From: Plasmodiophora brassicae
Lineage: Eukaryota
Assembly: GCA_036867785.1 (NCBI GenBank)
Contig: CP145411.1
Span: 620,001-684,000, forward strand
Direction of reading: 5' to 3'
Length of the DNA: 64,000 nucleotides
Shown: piece by piece, positions 23,775-40,142 of the stretch
Position numbering within the stretch: position 1 is the stretch's first letter
Layout of the letters: the number at the start of each line of letters is the position of its first letter
Program-made: the position numbers and the translations under genes
Notes under the pieces: generated by a model
Told to the model about the DNA's origin: nothing
Databases searched by the model: none
The model's input: only the letters and a program-made list of their open reading frames with translations

Positions 23775-24862
23775 ATGGACGGGTACGTCATGAACTCCAA
23801 GGGGCCCGCACCGTCCGCCACCGTCGACGACGTTGCCTACCTATCGTCACAGGTATGGGCCCGATTCCGCAAGGTCGTGCCTTCAAAGGCTAACTAACTT
23901 GCTTGTGCCGGACGATAGGTCGGTGCCCTAGCGCACCTGAACCTTCCAGACCCGATCGCCCCATTCCAGGAGATCGAACACAAACACCATACCCGCCAGA
24001 GTTCGTTCTCGTCCATGGCATCCGACCCGAACGTCGCCGACCTGCAACTCGGTCCCGACGACTACGCTGGGAGATTCGAAGACGCATCCCCACGAGCGCA
24101 GTCGTAAGCAAGCGCATGCGACGACGATGGGTTACGCCATGGAAGCTTAACGCGCGGGATGCTGTCAGGTTTGAGATGGGCACGGCCGGGTCCAGGAGAA
24201 AGATACGGAAGAACGACCGGGAGAAGCGCCGGCGGCAGGAACTCAACGAGAAGTTCGACGTCCTCATGGACATGCTGAACATGAACAGTGACAAGGGTAG
24301 GCTCGGATGGGGTGCAAGTGAGAGAAGCGTCCCGGGCGTTAATTGGCCCTTGTGGACGCAGCCGAGAAGTTCGTCGTCCTGACGGAGGCCATCAACCAGA
24401 TTCAGACGCTGCGCATCGAGAACAACAGCATTCAACGCGAGAAGCTCAAGCTACGAACGCAGCTACAGCACCTAGTTTCGCAGTACCAGCAGGCGTACCC
24501 TGGCAACGTACGTCTGTGGGAAGGCGGGCATCCAGGCGCGGCTGATGACGTGTCCACAGTTGCCGGCTGAGCTCCAGAACTCAGTGTTGATGTCGGAGGA
24601 TGCGACGTACACGGAGACGACCGAGTGCAGCGGGTTCAACCCGGTCCATGCGCATCAGTTCGGGTTCGAGCACCACGACGACGGGTCGTTCGTGGCGCAT
24701 CTGGCATCGGGAACCGTGACGGTCATGTCAATGACGAACGACGGTGTGGTTCAAATGGGACCGGGTGGCGGTCGGTCGACCGTAGATCTGTTCATGAACG
24801 GGCACAATAGCAATCCGGGGTCGGCACCTGCCCCAGATAACCAGTTTGACTTCTGGGCATGA
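23775..24862 (+). CDS. bHLH(-ZIP) transcription factor (spliced)
   Basis: RKNDREKRRRQELNEKFDVLMDML...AEKFVVLTEAINQIQTLRIEN followed by a coiled coil. Confidence 0.85.
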
Positions 24863-24927
24863 CGACATGCTGCTGCAACGACCAATACAAAGATTCGCAG
24901 GGCGTGCACTCAATGTCACCGATGTTA

Positions 24928-25738
24928 TTATGACTGCCGATGCCCACCGGCCTCGTCGACCTGCAGCAGGTTCAGCGCGTGTTGCCGGACGTAATCCTTC
25001 ATGGCTTTGTGCATCTGTCGGCATCCATCGATGGCAGCAGTCATGAGCGTTCCAAAGTGGTCCGCCAGCAGCGTGGATTCCATCTCAGCCAGCGACACCT
25101 TGCCGGTTACCGGCAACATCGCCACACACGCTTCGACGCCGTTAACGGATCGCTCCACCCAGCTCAGGTCTAGGACAGGGCTCTGTCAGCGGCGGCTGAT
25201 ACGAAGTTGGTCAGCTGCACCAACCTAGAACGGGAGTTGTATCGATGAAGCCAGCGGAGCAGGCGCAGACGTAATCGTCGATCGGGATGCCGGCGTCGAT
25301 AAGAGCCAATGTGATGCAGTTGATGCTGGCAGGCAGTATACCACCATCGTTCTGCACAATCTCGACAATGATGGAGACTTCGGATCGAGGGAACAGATGC
25401 ATCTGGATAACAGGCTCAAACACCTGCCGCAATGTGTTCTCCATGATCGTGGACCGGCGACCTCCTTTCGACCATTTCACACGTTCTGACCCGCTGAATT
25501 TCGACATGGTGAACTCGACGCTCAGTATGGCCCGGTCATGCTTCGTTGTTCCCCAGCGATCAGCTTCCCGCGGGCCATACACGGCCGCGAGAACTTTCGT
25601 CTGTCCAAGCTCAAACGACGCTGACCCATCCACAGCCCTATGGAACACGCCCATGCCGCACGTCACTCTGCGACATTCGCCATGACGGCGCCCGTCCATA
25701 CGGAGCCCAGAGGACGACGGAAGTTGCAACCTTGACAT
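24928..25738 (-). CDS. EXOSC4: Exosome complex RNase PH subunit Rrp41
   Basis: GLRMDGRR, DGSASFELGQTKVLAAVYGPRE, FPRSEVSI, NDGG..ASINCITLALIDAGIP. Confidence 0.92.
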
Positions 25739-26410
25739 ACTCGAAGGGTTCAGCAGGGATGGACGGAACCTCTCCGGAGTCCGCCACGGACTGCGTCACG
25801 ATGGTGACTGCAACAGTGCAACTGCAGGTCTATCGGTAACTACTTTCGGGGCGCCTTAAGTCCCATCGACCTGTATGGGTAGTCGCTCCGACCTGGACGT
25901 ACTCGATGTCAACGTAGGTTAGGCACAAAAATTGTATGTACTCCAGAGTGAGGCGGACGTGGTGAAGTGAGTCGTCGACTACCGTACTTTCAAATGGTCA
26001 CCATGGCGTTGTGACGATGGGGACGTGGACGTTGCGGTTAGAGGTCGAATTCCACGATGTTGCTACGCCAGTCACGAATCTGCTTCGACGAGACATCGTA
26101 CTAACGTGCTGTACGTGCCTTCCATAATACCACCGACAGCGTTAGCTCTCGCGCACGATGGACAGATTCTGCTTGATCGTCCACACGCATCGTCTGCCCG
26201 TTCTCCTTCGGACGGCATCGCCGAAGTTTGCATCTGGAAACGTCAAATGAGTCCGAGCGCAAAAATTGCAATTATTGCGCGCAGAGACGGCAGAACATTT
26301 TGGCGGAGAGTTGTTCGGTGTAATCTATTTCCGGAAACTGGGCGTCGACGGAGGCAGCAGCGTCCGGCGGCTGCTACCACGTTCACAAGCATTGCCTGCC
26401 CGTTAGCGCC

Positions 26411-27583
26411 ATGCGGCCCATCGTCCTGGTTGTCGCCGTTATTGTCGTCCTTGCTGCCAGCGTCCATGGACGAATGCCCCGCAGCCACCACCCGAAACAT
26501 GACCTCAAGTTACTGGGGCGCACGTTGCGCACGCTGCTCAATCCGGTGCATGCCATGAAGGTGACCGGCTTCAACCAGCGTGATCCCCATTACAAAGGAG
26601 CGATCGTGACGGCCAGCGTATCGAACATGACAATAGTCGACCTGTCACCGTTCATGCTGCCTCGTATGAACGGCAGGCTGAAATCGGGTATCCGGCGACT
26701 CGCCCAAGCCCCAGTCACGCTGTCGTTGGTCGCACTGAACACGGCGCTGTTCGTGGCAAATCCTGTCCTGACACCAAAGAAGCTTAGTTGGGCGGGATGT
26801 ACGAAGACCTTGCTGAACAGCCCGTTGCAGGGCATAAAACGGGCACTGTCCAGCATGACGCATCACATCAACGCCGAGCATCTCATCGGTAACATGATCG
26901 TCTTGTCCCAAATCGGGCCCATTGTCGAGAAGAAGCTCGGGGCAACCAAGTTCGCCCTGACGTACCTACTGAGCGGTGCGGGTGCTTACCTGGCCCATGC
27001 GGCGTTCGAGCAGAGGACCTGGAGGTGGCTTCCCGTCCTGGGCGCATCCGGTGCCATCTACGGCATCATGGGCGCGTCCGCTGCTCTCATCGCCCAGGTT
27101 GCTGCTGAGCGCCCCGGATCCTTCGCCAGCAACTTGATCGGCATGATGACTGTTGCTGACTACCGAATGACGATGGACGGGATCCTGGCCGGGTTCATCA
27201 GCGTGCTGGTCCTATCGGTGACGTGGCTGGTCGGTGGCACACAGATGCAGAGTGAGTCGTGGACGCTCGGGGTGAAAATGACTGTCTCGGGGCCATACTT
27301 CGGGTGGCCCACCACGTTGGAAGCGTTATCAAGCACCGCTAAGTTGATGGTGTCTGGCACGATCGGCCACGTCTGCCACATGGGCGGATGGGTGTTCGGG
27401 TTCCTCCTCGTGCTCATGTGGGATTCGACGTCGTCGATGCGCGCCCTACCCGTCATGGGCGCGCTCACCGGCCTATCGCTCCTCATCAGGTCTGGGCCGA
27501 CAGAGCCAGCAGGTTTACACGGCCCCGTGCGAATGTTCGCCACTCCGCCGCCCTCGCCTCGCAAGCACCTCCATCTGTTCTAA
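26411..27583 (+). CDS. Rhomboid-family intramembrane serine protease (intronless, signal peptide)
   Basis: HHINAEHLIGNM, catalytic GASGAIYG, GHVCHMGG, multiple TM helices. Confidence 0.88.
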   Translation: MRPIVLVVAVIVVLAASVHGRMPRSHHPKHDLKLLGRTLRTLLNPVHAMKVTGFNQRDPHYKGAIVTASVSNMTIVDLSPFMLPRMNGRLKSGIRRLAQAPVTLSLVALNTALFVANPVLTPKKLSWAGCTKTLLNSPLQGIKRALSSMTHHINAEHLIGNMIVLSQIGPIVEKKLGATKFALTYLLSGAGAYLAHAAFEQRTWRWLPVLGASGAIYGIMGASAALIAQVAAERPGSFASNLIGMMTVADYRMTMDGILAGFISVLVLSVTWLVGGTQMQSESWTLGVKMTVSGPYFGWPTTLEALSSTAKLMVSGTIGHVCHMGGWVFGFLLVLMWDSTSSMRALPVMGALTGLSLLIRSGPTEPAGLHGPVRMFATPPPSPRKHLHLF

Positions 27584-27618
27584 CAGTAAAACCGTTCCCA
27601 TACGCTTTCCGTTTCTGT

Positions 27619-29085
27619 TCATTCCACGTTGTCATCCTGCGCTTCGCGCCCCGCCGTCCAGGGCGTCGTCGTCCTCGTCGTCGACCACGTTCGGCACGTC
27701 GTCCTCATCGTTCTCGTCGGTCTGTGAGTCAGAACGCGGTTACACACACGACGAACGTGTGCAGATGGCGCGGTACGCACGATCATGGCTTGGATGTCGA
27801 GGAAGTCGTCGATGACGGCAATGCACTCCTGGTACAGCCGCATCTGGTCGTCGCCGATCGGGTCGCCGGTGGCGTTCGGCCCCGCGTCCCGGGACGGGCC
27901 CCCGTGCAGGTTCAGCACCGTCTGCAGGACGAAGTCGTCGAGCTCCTCGGCGCCCAACCCACTAGCATGGAACGCGCGCAGCGTCTCCATGATCACGGCG
28001 ACGCGCGCGTCCTCATCGCCGCCCTGCCGCCCCCCACATCAGCACACATGCACAGCAACCACGCGTTCCATACGCTGCCCTGTACCTGTTCCTGCCCCAC
28101 AGACGCGTGCTGTCGCTGGTCGGCCTCGACTCGCTCGATCCGGTCGCCTTCGTACCCCTCGATCTCCTCCCGCTCCCCGTCACGTTCGCGATCGTATGGG
28201 TCGCTCGCGTTGCTCTCACGCCGTTCGTCCCGCTGTATGCTCCGGGTCAGCAGGCACCACCTGACCGGGGACGCGCCACAACGTACCTCGTCCGTCGTCT
28301 GGGTGCCCATCTCCTCCCGCCGGTGCCGACTTCGGCTCCGACTTCGCCTCTGGCCGCCGGCGTGCACGTCAGCGACGTCGAGGTTCAGCGCAGTGGTCGC
28401 GTTTCGCAGCGCGTTGCTGATGATGTCGACGTGCGTCGTCGTCAGCGACGAACCGTTCGGCAGCAGCAGCTGATGGAAGTGCGCGTCGTCCTCATCGTCC
28501 CCGCCCAGGTCATCGTCGCCGTCGTCCTCCTCCTCGTCGTCGTCAATCTGTTCGCACACACGTTCGTTCAGCGACGACGACGTGGCCATGTGTTCGCCGT
28601 CCACTGACCTGGCCGACGTCGTCCTGGTGCGCGCCGCGCTCGGGCGATTGCACCGAACGGCTGAGATCGTCGGCGTTCAGGCGGCCCGAGAACGCGAGCA
28701 GAAGGTTCTGGAGGTCGGTGCGTCGCGTGGGGTCGGTGTCGGACATGGACTGGAGCAGGTCGCGATCGATGGCCGCATCGATATCGCGTTCGTCTTCGCG
28801 CGCGTCCTGCCGCATCTGTTCCGCGTCGGTGCGAAGCAACTCGGCCTCCAGGCGGCGAATCAACGTGTCGTCGCTGGCGTCGAGAATGTTCAGCAGCTCG
28901 AACATGTGCTCGAGGCGGGCCGTGGTCGGCGATGTTGGCGAATCCATCGTCGTGGACGTATCGACATGGGCGGCACCTTCGCCGACGTTGCTGTTGCTGT
29001 TGTTGTTGTTGTTGTTCCTGTTGCTGCTCTCTTCGATGACCGATGCGCGTCGTGCCGTGCTCGTTGGCAGGCGACGATCGCTCAT
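27619..29085 (-). CDS. Hypothetical acidic low-complexity protein (multi-exon)
   Basis: Chain of GC3-rich minus-strand ORFs (28543, 27993, 27619) with GT-AG breaks, poly-N and poly-D tracts. Confidence 0.55.
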
Positions 29086-29231
29086 CGAGGGACGACAGTG
29101 AGGGCGATGACGCAGGACAACGATTGTAGCAGGGGCACGCGCCCTGCCGACCACCGACCCCACATCGGCGATCGTTGACTCATTGGACCGCAACGTGGTC
29201 CCGGTCTCGTCACACAGTGCGCCTGCATCAG

Positions 29232-30887
29232 ATGAGCGATGACGACAACGACGATGCCGACGACACGTCGGAGCGGCGCTCGACGACCTGGAACGAGGCG
29301 CGGCGCTCGATCCGTCGATTACCGCCGTTGAAGCAGGCGCGGCCCCGATCCCCAGGGCGAACGTATCGAATACGACGCCGACAGCAACGCTATCTTCGAC
29401 CGGGCGAACCCATGCCGTTCCCGGCATGGAGTTACCTGCCTCCACTGATGGTTGCACCGCCCTGGGGCATGCCCCCGCCGCCACATCCTTCCCCATACCC
29501 GTATTCGTGTTATGGATACGGCGACCCCAACGCAGGGCACGCACCTCGACCGAGGTAACGCGGGTCCCACGTGTGGCCAGTGCATTGCCTGACTGTAGAA
29601 TGAAGACACGCTGACCGTCCTGGCAAGCGGGACGAGCCTCCCGACGTCAAGGTTCGCCGCTGCGGTCACCTTGTCTTGCGCCAGTGACGAACCATGGTCG
29701 TTCAGGATGGCGCGTCGCCCCCTCGTCAGGTCGGCGATGACCGCGAACATGATCGCATGACGGCGGCTGTCGATTCTGAGCAGGCCCAAGCCGCCAGGAA
29801 GATCCTCACCTGGTCTGATGTGCCGTCGACAGCGTCGTCTCGTGGTTGCTGACGCCTGCACAGGTGGCGTCGTATTCGCCACGCGCTTCGGGTCAGGCGT
29901 GATGAGTCTCGCCAGGCGGCTGCGTTGCAAGTAACCGACCAGCTGATCGAGGAGTTCCTCAACGGGGTACGGATCCGATCTCACTTCCATTCCCTTCAGA
30001 TTAGTGACCAGCCGATCAGGACATCATCCCAGACCTCCTGATCTCAGTGATCCGAGGCAGCTCTCAACGATTCGCGCCCTACTCCGAAGACGTGCTGACC
30101 TCGAAGGAGGTCCTGGACGGAATACTGTTCGAGGTGGTCGACGAGTGCCTTCGCGGCGTCGTTGCCGATCTCATCGGGCGTCTTGTGGGCGGGTACTTGC
30201 ACGAATGCAGCCAGGCACGGGCGAATGACGTCTTCACGGCGGCTGTCGATGCGATCATCGCGGACGTGTGCGACGATGCCCTGCCTGGCATCGTTCGGCA
30301 GGTGGTCCAGTCGATGGTGGACGAGTACCTGGCCCTGGTCGACGACATGGCCAAGGTTGAGATCCTGATGGCGCCCATGGTCGACGAAATCTGCGACGAC
30401 ATCGCCGAGGAAGTCCTCGTCAAGCACACAGTCGACGGCCTCGTCGACCAGTGGGCCGACGAACTCACCGAACGGGTATGCCGGTCGACCTGGGAGCGCG
30501 TGCAGAAGCAGACGGCGGCGGATCACAAGGTGGTCGAAGCGCAAATCATTCGCAAACACTCGTCCACGTTATTGGACAAGGTACGTACCTCTCTGCATGA
30601 TCTGCGACCAGACGTGTCCCTGACGATGCGGATAGTCCATACTGAAGATCCTCCTGACGAACCTGGCGACTCGGAACGAATCTGCGACGATCAACATGCA
30701 CGTGCAGCGCTTGCTGGACAAGATGATACTCGACCGGGTCGTGCGGCTGCACGTCGACCTGCACGATAACGCCCAGCAGGTCGGCGAAAACCTTGCCCTG
30801 TCCACGTTCCACCAGGTGGTGACAGCGCAAGCCTCTGTCGACGTCCTCGTGCACGTTCTGCGGTCTGAGCTGCGGCGCCCGCCCTGA
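29232..30887 (+). CDS. Hypothetical multi-exon protein with IQ-like motif and acidic helical region
   Basis: Spliced QAARKILTW/WRRIRHALR; ORFs 29175, 30047 and 30696 joinable by short introns. Confidence 0.55.
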
Positions 30888-30970
30888 ATCGGGCCAACAC
30901 GCCGGGCGGGACAATAACATAAGTCTGTTTGCCAGTGTATTCCATACCGGTCGAACGACGCGTTCCCAAA

Positions 30971-32982
30971 TCATATCGACTTGGCGAGCTGGATCAAGTT
31001 CTCGGACAGCTTCGTGCGGTTGCCGTCGGCCTGGTACTGGCCGACCACGCCGGCCACAGTATCGTCTTGAGCGTCGGCGGCCTGGACGATGCGCCGGGCC
31101 CCATCAGCAGGCACCGCGCCCGATGCCACTAAAGCGTACAGGACGTCGGTGTACGACACAGTGTCAGCGACGTGCGCAGGCCCCTGATGCGATCGGCACG
31201 CCAACCGCAACGACGTGTCCGCAAACTCGTTCCAATCGTTCACATTGCTGAGGGACATTACGAACCGTTACGATCTTGCCCTGGTCGAACCACACATTAC
31301 CGATTACCTATACAGAGAGTATGCCGCCTCGATGACAGGGTCCTTGCGGAGGATGAGTGCCTTCAGCGATGCCCAGTGAGAGTCATCGACCAGGTTCTCC
31401 TTGAGGAGGTCATCTGCCAGCTGACACAAGTGCCGCCGCTCCGACGAAGACAGCATTCGTACGGTGCCGTTGTTGACCGCGTTGAGCGGTGTTCGGCCAG
31501 CGGCTGTTTTCTGCTCGCCGGCCCGGTAGGCCAGCAATCGGTCGAGCGTGTCGATCAGCTCGTTCCAGTCGCAGTCCTGGTTGAACAGGTCGATGGCGGC
31601 CAGGGCGACTTCGTCCCGGTTGCCGATGAGCGCCTTGAGCGACCGGACCCAGTGATCCGACAGGCCGTGCGTGTCCGCCAGACGAGACAGGAGCCAATCC
31701 GTGGATTGAATCCTGTCTGAATCGCCACCGACTGGATGCGCGATGGGTCAGCGTCGCGTGCGTAGAACGCCTGACTGGCCCGACACAGACCTTCGTTGGA
31801 ATTCAGCTCTCCAGTGATGGCCCTGGCCAGGCGTCCCGAGTCGCCCGACACGGCGAACTCCGGGAAGGCATCCTCGATGAACGGGCGGTGACTGGCAATG
31901 GCCGCCTCGACGAACTCGGCTTCGGCGTCGTCCAGCAGCTCGGCATCGTTCAGGTCGCGAACGATCTGCAACCGGAACTGGAGCAACCTCTGCCGATCCC
32001 GCTCCGAATCGCTCTCCACGACCTGGTTTTTGTTCTACACGGTACCGCGTCAGCAACGGCACACTGTTCGTCAACGTGTTGCCATCTCCCTACAATGGCG
32101 TCGAGGAGTTTGCTGGCCAGAACGCCCTCATCGACATCGGCGCCGCCGTAGATGATGAAGACAGTGGCGATTAACGAGTCCTGATCGCGGGCGAGATCCT
32201 GCAAGGCGAGGCACTCCTCCTGGGTCAGCAGAGACATCTCCTTCAGGATCCAGATCCGAGCGAGCGTCAGCTCGAGGGATGGCGGCGGCATGCTGTTCAG
32301 GTCGTTGTTGGCGGCGGCGATCAGACGGCGCACCAGGGCCAACATGTCGCCGTCGGCCCTGTACTCGTTGTACCACTGGTTCACCTCGCGATCATCGGAT
32401 TCGATCCTGGCGCGCAGCGCGATCTGCTCGGCGGCGTTCACCAACGGAACAGGCGGCGCCGTCAACGACACCAGCAGCTCGAACAAGGCGTCCCGGGCGG
32501 ACCCGGCCCCGGCCAGATCAACGGTCTGAATCTGCAAGGACGGGCGGGACCCGGGGATCAGGTCCCCCACCGTGCTGGCCTGCTTCGCGCTTGTCGACGC
32601 ATGGCTGCTGTCCGGGCGATGGGCCAGCAGCGTGTCCATCGGCGACCGGACGATCATCAGCTGCAGCGTCTGGTACTTGTCGACCGATGCGAACGCGTCC
32701 GGTCGGGCGCTCAGGTACGACAGCGGGACGATGTGCCCGTCGGGCTGCACCTGGATCGCTGCGAGGTCATCCCGTTAGCGGTCGACCGAGACGTGTCGGG
32801 TGTGCGCGAGGCTGACCGGCGATGCTGGACGCCTGCGTGATGCCGAAGACGGCGGCGAGCATGCTCTGCAGTTCAGCGGTGGGCACGCCCGCGTACAGCA
32901 TGAGCGACGCCGACTGTGTCGCATCACACTCCTCGCCGATCTCCTCGTGCAGCTCGAAATTGACAAGGACGAGGCCGTCCAT
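30971..32982 (-). CDS. Hypothetical protein with ~6 tandem ~55-aa helical repeats
   Basis: Multi-exon; repeats such as LKALILRKDPVIEAAYSLY..DWNEFADTSLRL and LKALIGNRDEVALAAIDLFNQDCDWNELIDTLDRL; 3' end approximate. Confidence 0.65.
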
Positions 32983-33240
32983 GGCGGGGGGCGGCCGCCA
33001 AGCGATCGTATTCGCGCCCGACACGCCACCGCCGGGTAGGAGACGCGAGTAGATCTATGAGCGTACCTCACCGCGCCCTAGTAGATCGGCGCCTCCGACC
33101 CCCCGCGAGCTGGGAATATCTACTCCCCGAATGCTGACAACAAGGCGCTAGACGGAACAAGAGCGCGTGTATGATGAATCGTATATAGGCGTGATACGTG
33201 TCTGGCAGCGGTGTTGTAGGTTGATGGGTGCCGGTGACAT

Positions 33241-37062
<3,822 letters not shown>

Positions 37063-37238
37063 GTCGCTTGAGACGGGTGGTCGACTATGTATGTAGGTTG
37101 GGTACCCAGGCTTGCGAGCCCAACATGGTCGCCAGAATCCTTCTACCCAATACGTAGTATTCCCAGGTTTTCTCTACAAGTTATAAGGTCGTGGTCAGCG
37201 TAGGATGTAATTTAGGTTAACGACAACATGTGTCAGTG

Positions 37239-37682
37239 TCAGGCGGCGAGCTTGGTGTCAGGACCTGCTCGTCCTCGGTGGTTGAAATGGTGGAATTCGG
37301 GTCGACGCGAACGCTCGTCATCGGACTTGGTGGCGTGAACGCGTGCTTGCTTGATGTTCCGGAAGTAGCCGAAGTGGACGACAGTGCCCAGCACGCACAT
37401 CAAGAGGCCTAGCATGCTCTCCACGATGATCTATAGAAGATGTGCATTAGCTAAACTGTTGATCACGTTCAGACGAGGTATATACATCGAATGGCAATGA
37501 CGTCGGTACTCGGTCCAGATGCGACATTTTGACCCAGTGCTCGACTACAGATAACCGAACGGTGACGATCAGTGCCAGGCATCGTGAGATCGGGGACTGA
37601 TGGCGAACTGACACTGCATAGCAGAGAAGACGGCATGGACCAAGAGGACGCCAGAGACAGCAATGGCGACAACGCCCAGCAT
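37239..37682 (-). CDS. EMC5: ER membrane protein complex subunit 5 / MMgT (3 exons)
   Basis: Spliced MLGVVAIAVSGVLLVHAVFSAMQFEH..SLPFD/IIVESMLGLLMCVLG..FHHFNHRG matches the EMC5 HA.FSA, SLP.DI and FNHRG motifs. Confidence 0.85.
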
Positions 37683-37724
37683 TATACCAACCGCGAAACG
37701 TCGGACTCCGCCTCTCCGCGGACA

Positions 37725-38326
37725 ATGGAGAGTGGCAACGATGACGATGACGCTCAGGCGGCCGTCATCGACAACGACCTGGCCCGTGTTGTCTGTACAT
37801 CGCCGTAGTAAGTGTACGTCATGTTGGACTTGCTCAGCATTCCTGCAGGAAGAGGTTGGCGGCGTTCTCGCGCGACCGATCGGGACGGAACCGGATCAGA
37901 ATATGCGACTTGGCAAGAAGCTGAAGAATGCGCTGATTGAGTGGAAACTTGCTGGAGATCCGGGCGACCGTATCGACAGGCAGTTGCTCAATGTATCGTC
38001 GCGTACTGTTTGCGGAGCTAACGGCGTCCCGTAAACGTTTGATGCGTTAGATACTACGGGCGCACGGCTTGGAACATAACTGGACGGCACGACAGACTGC
38101 CAACGCTGAACGCAAGCTTCGCGTCGTCCTTCGTCGGTGCGTACCGAACCGTCTACCTTCCGCCGCTGTCCCCGCGGATGAGTTGAATGAGGTCGAGGAG
38201 GACAGCAACTTGGACGCCCAGTGGTCGGCCATGGAGCAACGCCTTCGCGACCTGAAACGGCCTCGGAAGGCCACTGGCGCGATCGAGTATCCCGAATTGC
38301 CATCAACAATGAAACGAAAACGTTAG
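37725..38326 (+). CDS. Hypothetical protein (spliced, basic C-terminus)
   Basis: MESGNDDDD... exons joined by short introns, ends MKRKR*. Confidence 0.5.
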
Positions 38327-38458
38327 TACTCTGTATCTGTCGAGTATGGCTCGAAGACGACGGTAGGTGGTTTGAGCGCGTGCACGTCTGATGTAATTTC
38401 GCGATGTGCACAGTTTATGGAGTTTCGTGGGTAGAACGCTTCAATACTTCTGGCCGCT

Positions 38459-38833
38459 CTACACTAACTGCTCGGGTGCTGGAACGATGGCGATGCCCTG
38501 CGTGTCTAGCTTGACGTTCTCCTGGCTGGACCGCGGCTCGCGGAACCTGCCCACCCCGAGCTTGTGAAACTGGCCGAACTCGATGGCCGCCAGCGAGGGC
38601 GAGGGCGCATTCGATCCCGTCGGGGCCACCGCCACTGCTCCATGACGGCGCCTCCGAAGGCGCACGACGAGAAGGATCAGAAATAGTATAACCAGGACCG
38701 CCCCGGACACTGTGATCACGCCAGCACCCGTCGTACCCTTGGCAGTTGTGCTCATACTGCTGTCCTGGGCATCGGCCAGCAGGGGGCACGCTGCAATAGC
38801 CGCCACCACGAAGGTGACCATTAGAACGCCCAT
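38459..38833 (-). CDS. Small type I membrane protein (signal peptide + TM)
   Basis: MGVLMVTFVVAAIAACPLLADA, TM VITVSGAVLVILFLILLVV followed by RLRRRR. Confidence 0.65.
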   Translation of the reverse strand: MGVLMVTFVVAAIAACPLLADAQDSSMSTTAKGTTGAGVITVSGAVLVILFLILLVVRLRRRRHGAVAVAPTGSNAPSPSLAAIEFGQFHKLGVGRFREPRSSQENVKLDTQGIAIVPAPEQLV

Positions 38834-39153
38834 TATCTGAATTCTTCCCGTATAACGGGGGCACGCGCCAATGTGCAATATCTCTGTCGAGTTTCGGCGG
38901 TTCACCGAATATGGGATATCATCACAGGCGGAGGAGTCAGTACCTAGCGCGGCCGGCGTTAACCTACTTCTGGCCGCATTGGACATTGGCCTGCGCAAAC
39001 CTTCTTTACACGTTGCTCAATGGCGGCCGGGAACACGAGGTAACACGGATGGTACATAAGTGGTAACTGGTAACCCCCATGGCGGCGCGCCCGCGGTCTG
39101 CGCGGAGCCGTTTGCGCAGTCATTGCGGATTGGAAGCGGACGGGTGTGTCGCG

Positions 39154-40099
39154 ATGTTCGAGGCACAGCTTCTCGATGGTACGCCGCTGAAGAAGATCCT
39201 GGAAACACTTCAGGGCATTGTCGACGAAGCCAACCTCGACTGCTCCGAGACCGCAGTGTCGATGCAGGTTGCTCGTGGTGCGCTCCACGCCCCAGCGTGA
39301 GTCTAACGTGAGGGTCGAATCTAGGCCATGGACAATGCACATGTTGCGCTGGTGTCCTTGTTCCTGAATTCGGCTGGATTTGACGATTTCCGGTGTGACC
39401 GGGGGATCTCGCTCGGATTCAAAGTCGAGTCCATGGTCAAGGTGCGGTGCCTTCAGCGCTCATCAGGAAAGGCTCCATTTTGACGGTCCTGTGTCCAGAT
39501 CTTCAAGTGCATGGACAGCAAGGACAGCGTCACTATACGTGCTGATGATCGTCCCGACTCGATTCACTTCGTGTTCGAGGCACCGAGTACGCTTCCGAGT
39601 TGACGTTTGAGAGATCGGGTTTTCATTATTCGTTGCAGATACCGAACGCCTCTCTGAGTTCGAGCTGAAGCTCATGGATATTGATTCCGAGCACCTGGCT
39701 GTACCCGAGCAAGAGTATGCTGTCGAAGTGAGCATGCCGGCCAATGAATTCCAGCGAATCTGCCGAGACCTGTCTGCCCTTGGCGACACCATCTCGGTCG
39801 ATGCGTCAAAGGACAGCATCAAGTTCAAGGTTGAGGGTGGTATTGGTGCCGGGACCGTCGCTCTCAAGCAGCACGTCGCCGTTGATGAGAAGAAGGGCGA
39901 AATCCCGACGACGATCAAGTGCAGCGACCCGGTCGAATTGCAGTTCGCCATGAACTACTTCAACAACTTCGCCAAGGCGAGTGCCGTCTCGAAGTCGGTA
40001 ACGATCAGGCTGGCGTCGGCGGCGCCCATCATGTTCGAGTACTCGTTGGGCGAGCTGGGCCACTTGCAGTTCTTCCTGGCGCCCAAGATCGAGGAGTAG
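39154..40099 (+). CDS. PCNA: Proliferating cell nuclear antigen (spliced)
   Basis: MFEAQL, SMQAMDNAHVALVSL, FELKLMDIDSEHL, EFQRICRDL, FFLAPKIEE. Confidence 0.97.
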
Positions 40100-40142
40100 C
40101 TGGATGCACGGCTGCCGAATGTCGACGTGATACACGCGCACG

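Noticed and set aside
29319-29990. 223-aa minus-strand ORF
   Set aside because: Overlaps a spliceable plus-strand gene with an IQ-like motif
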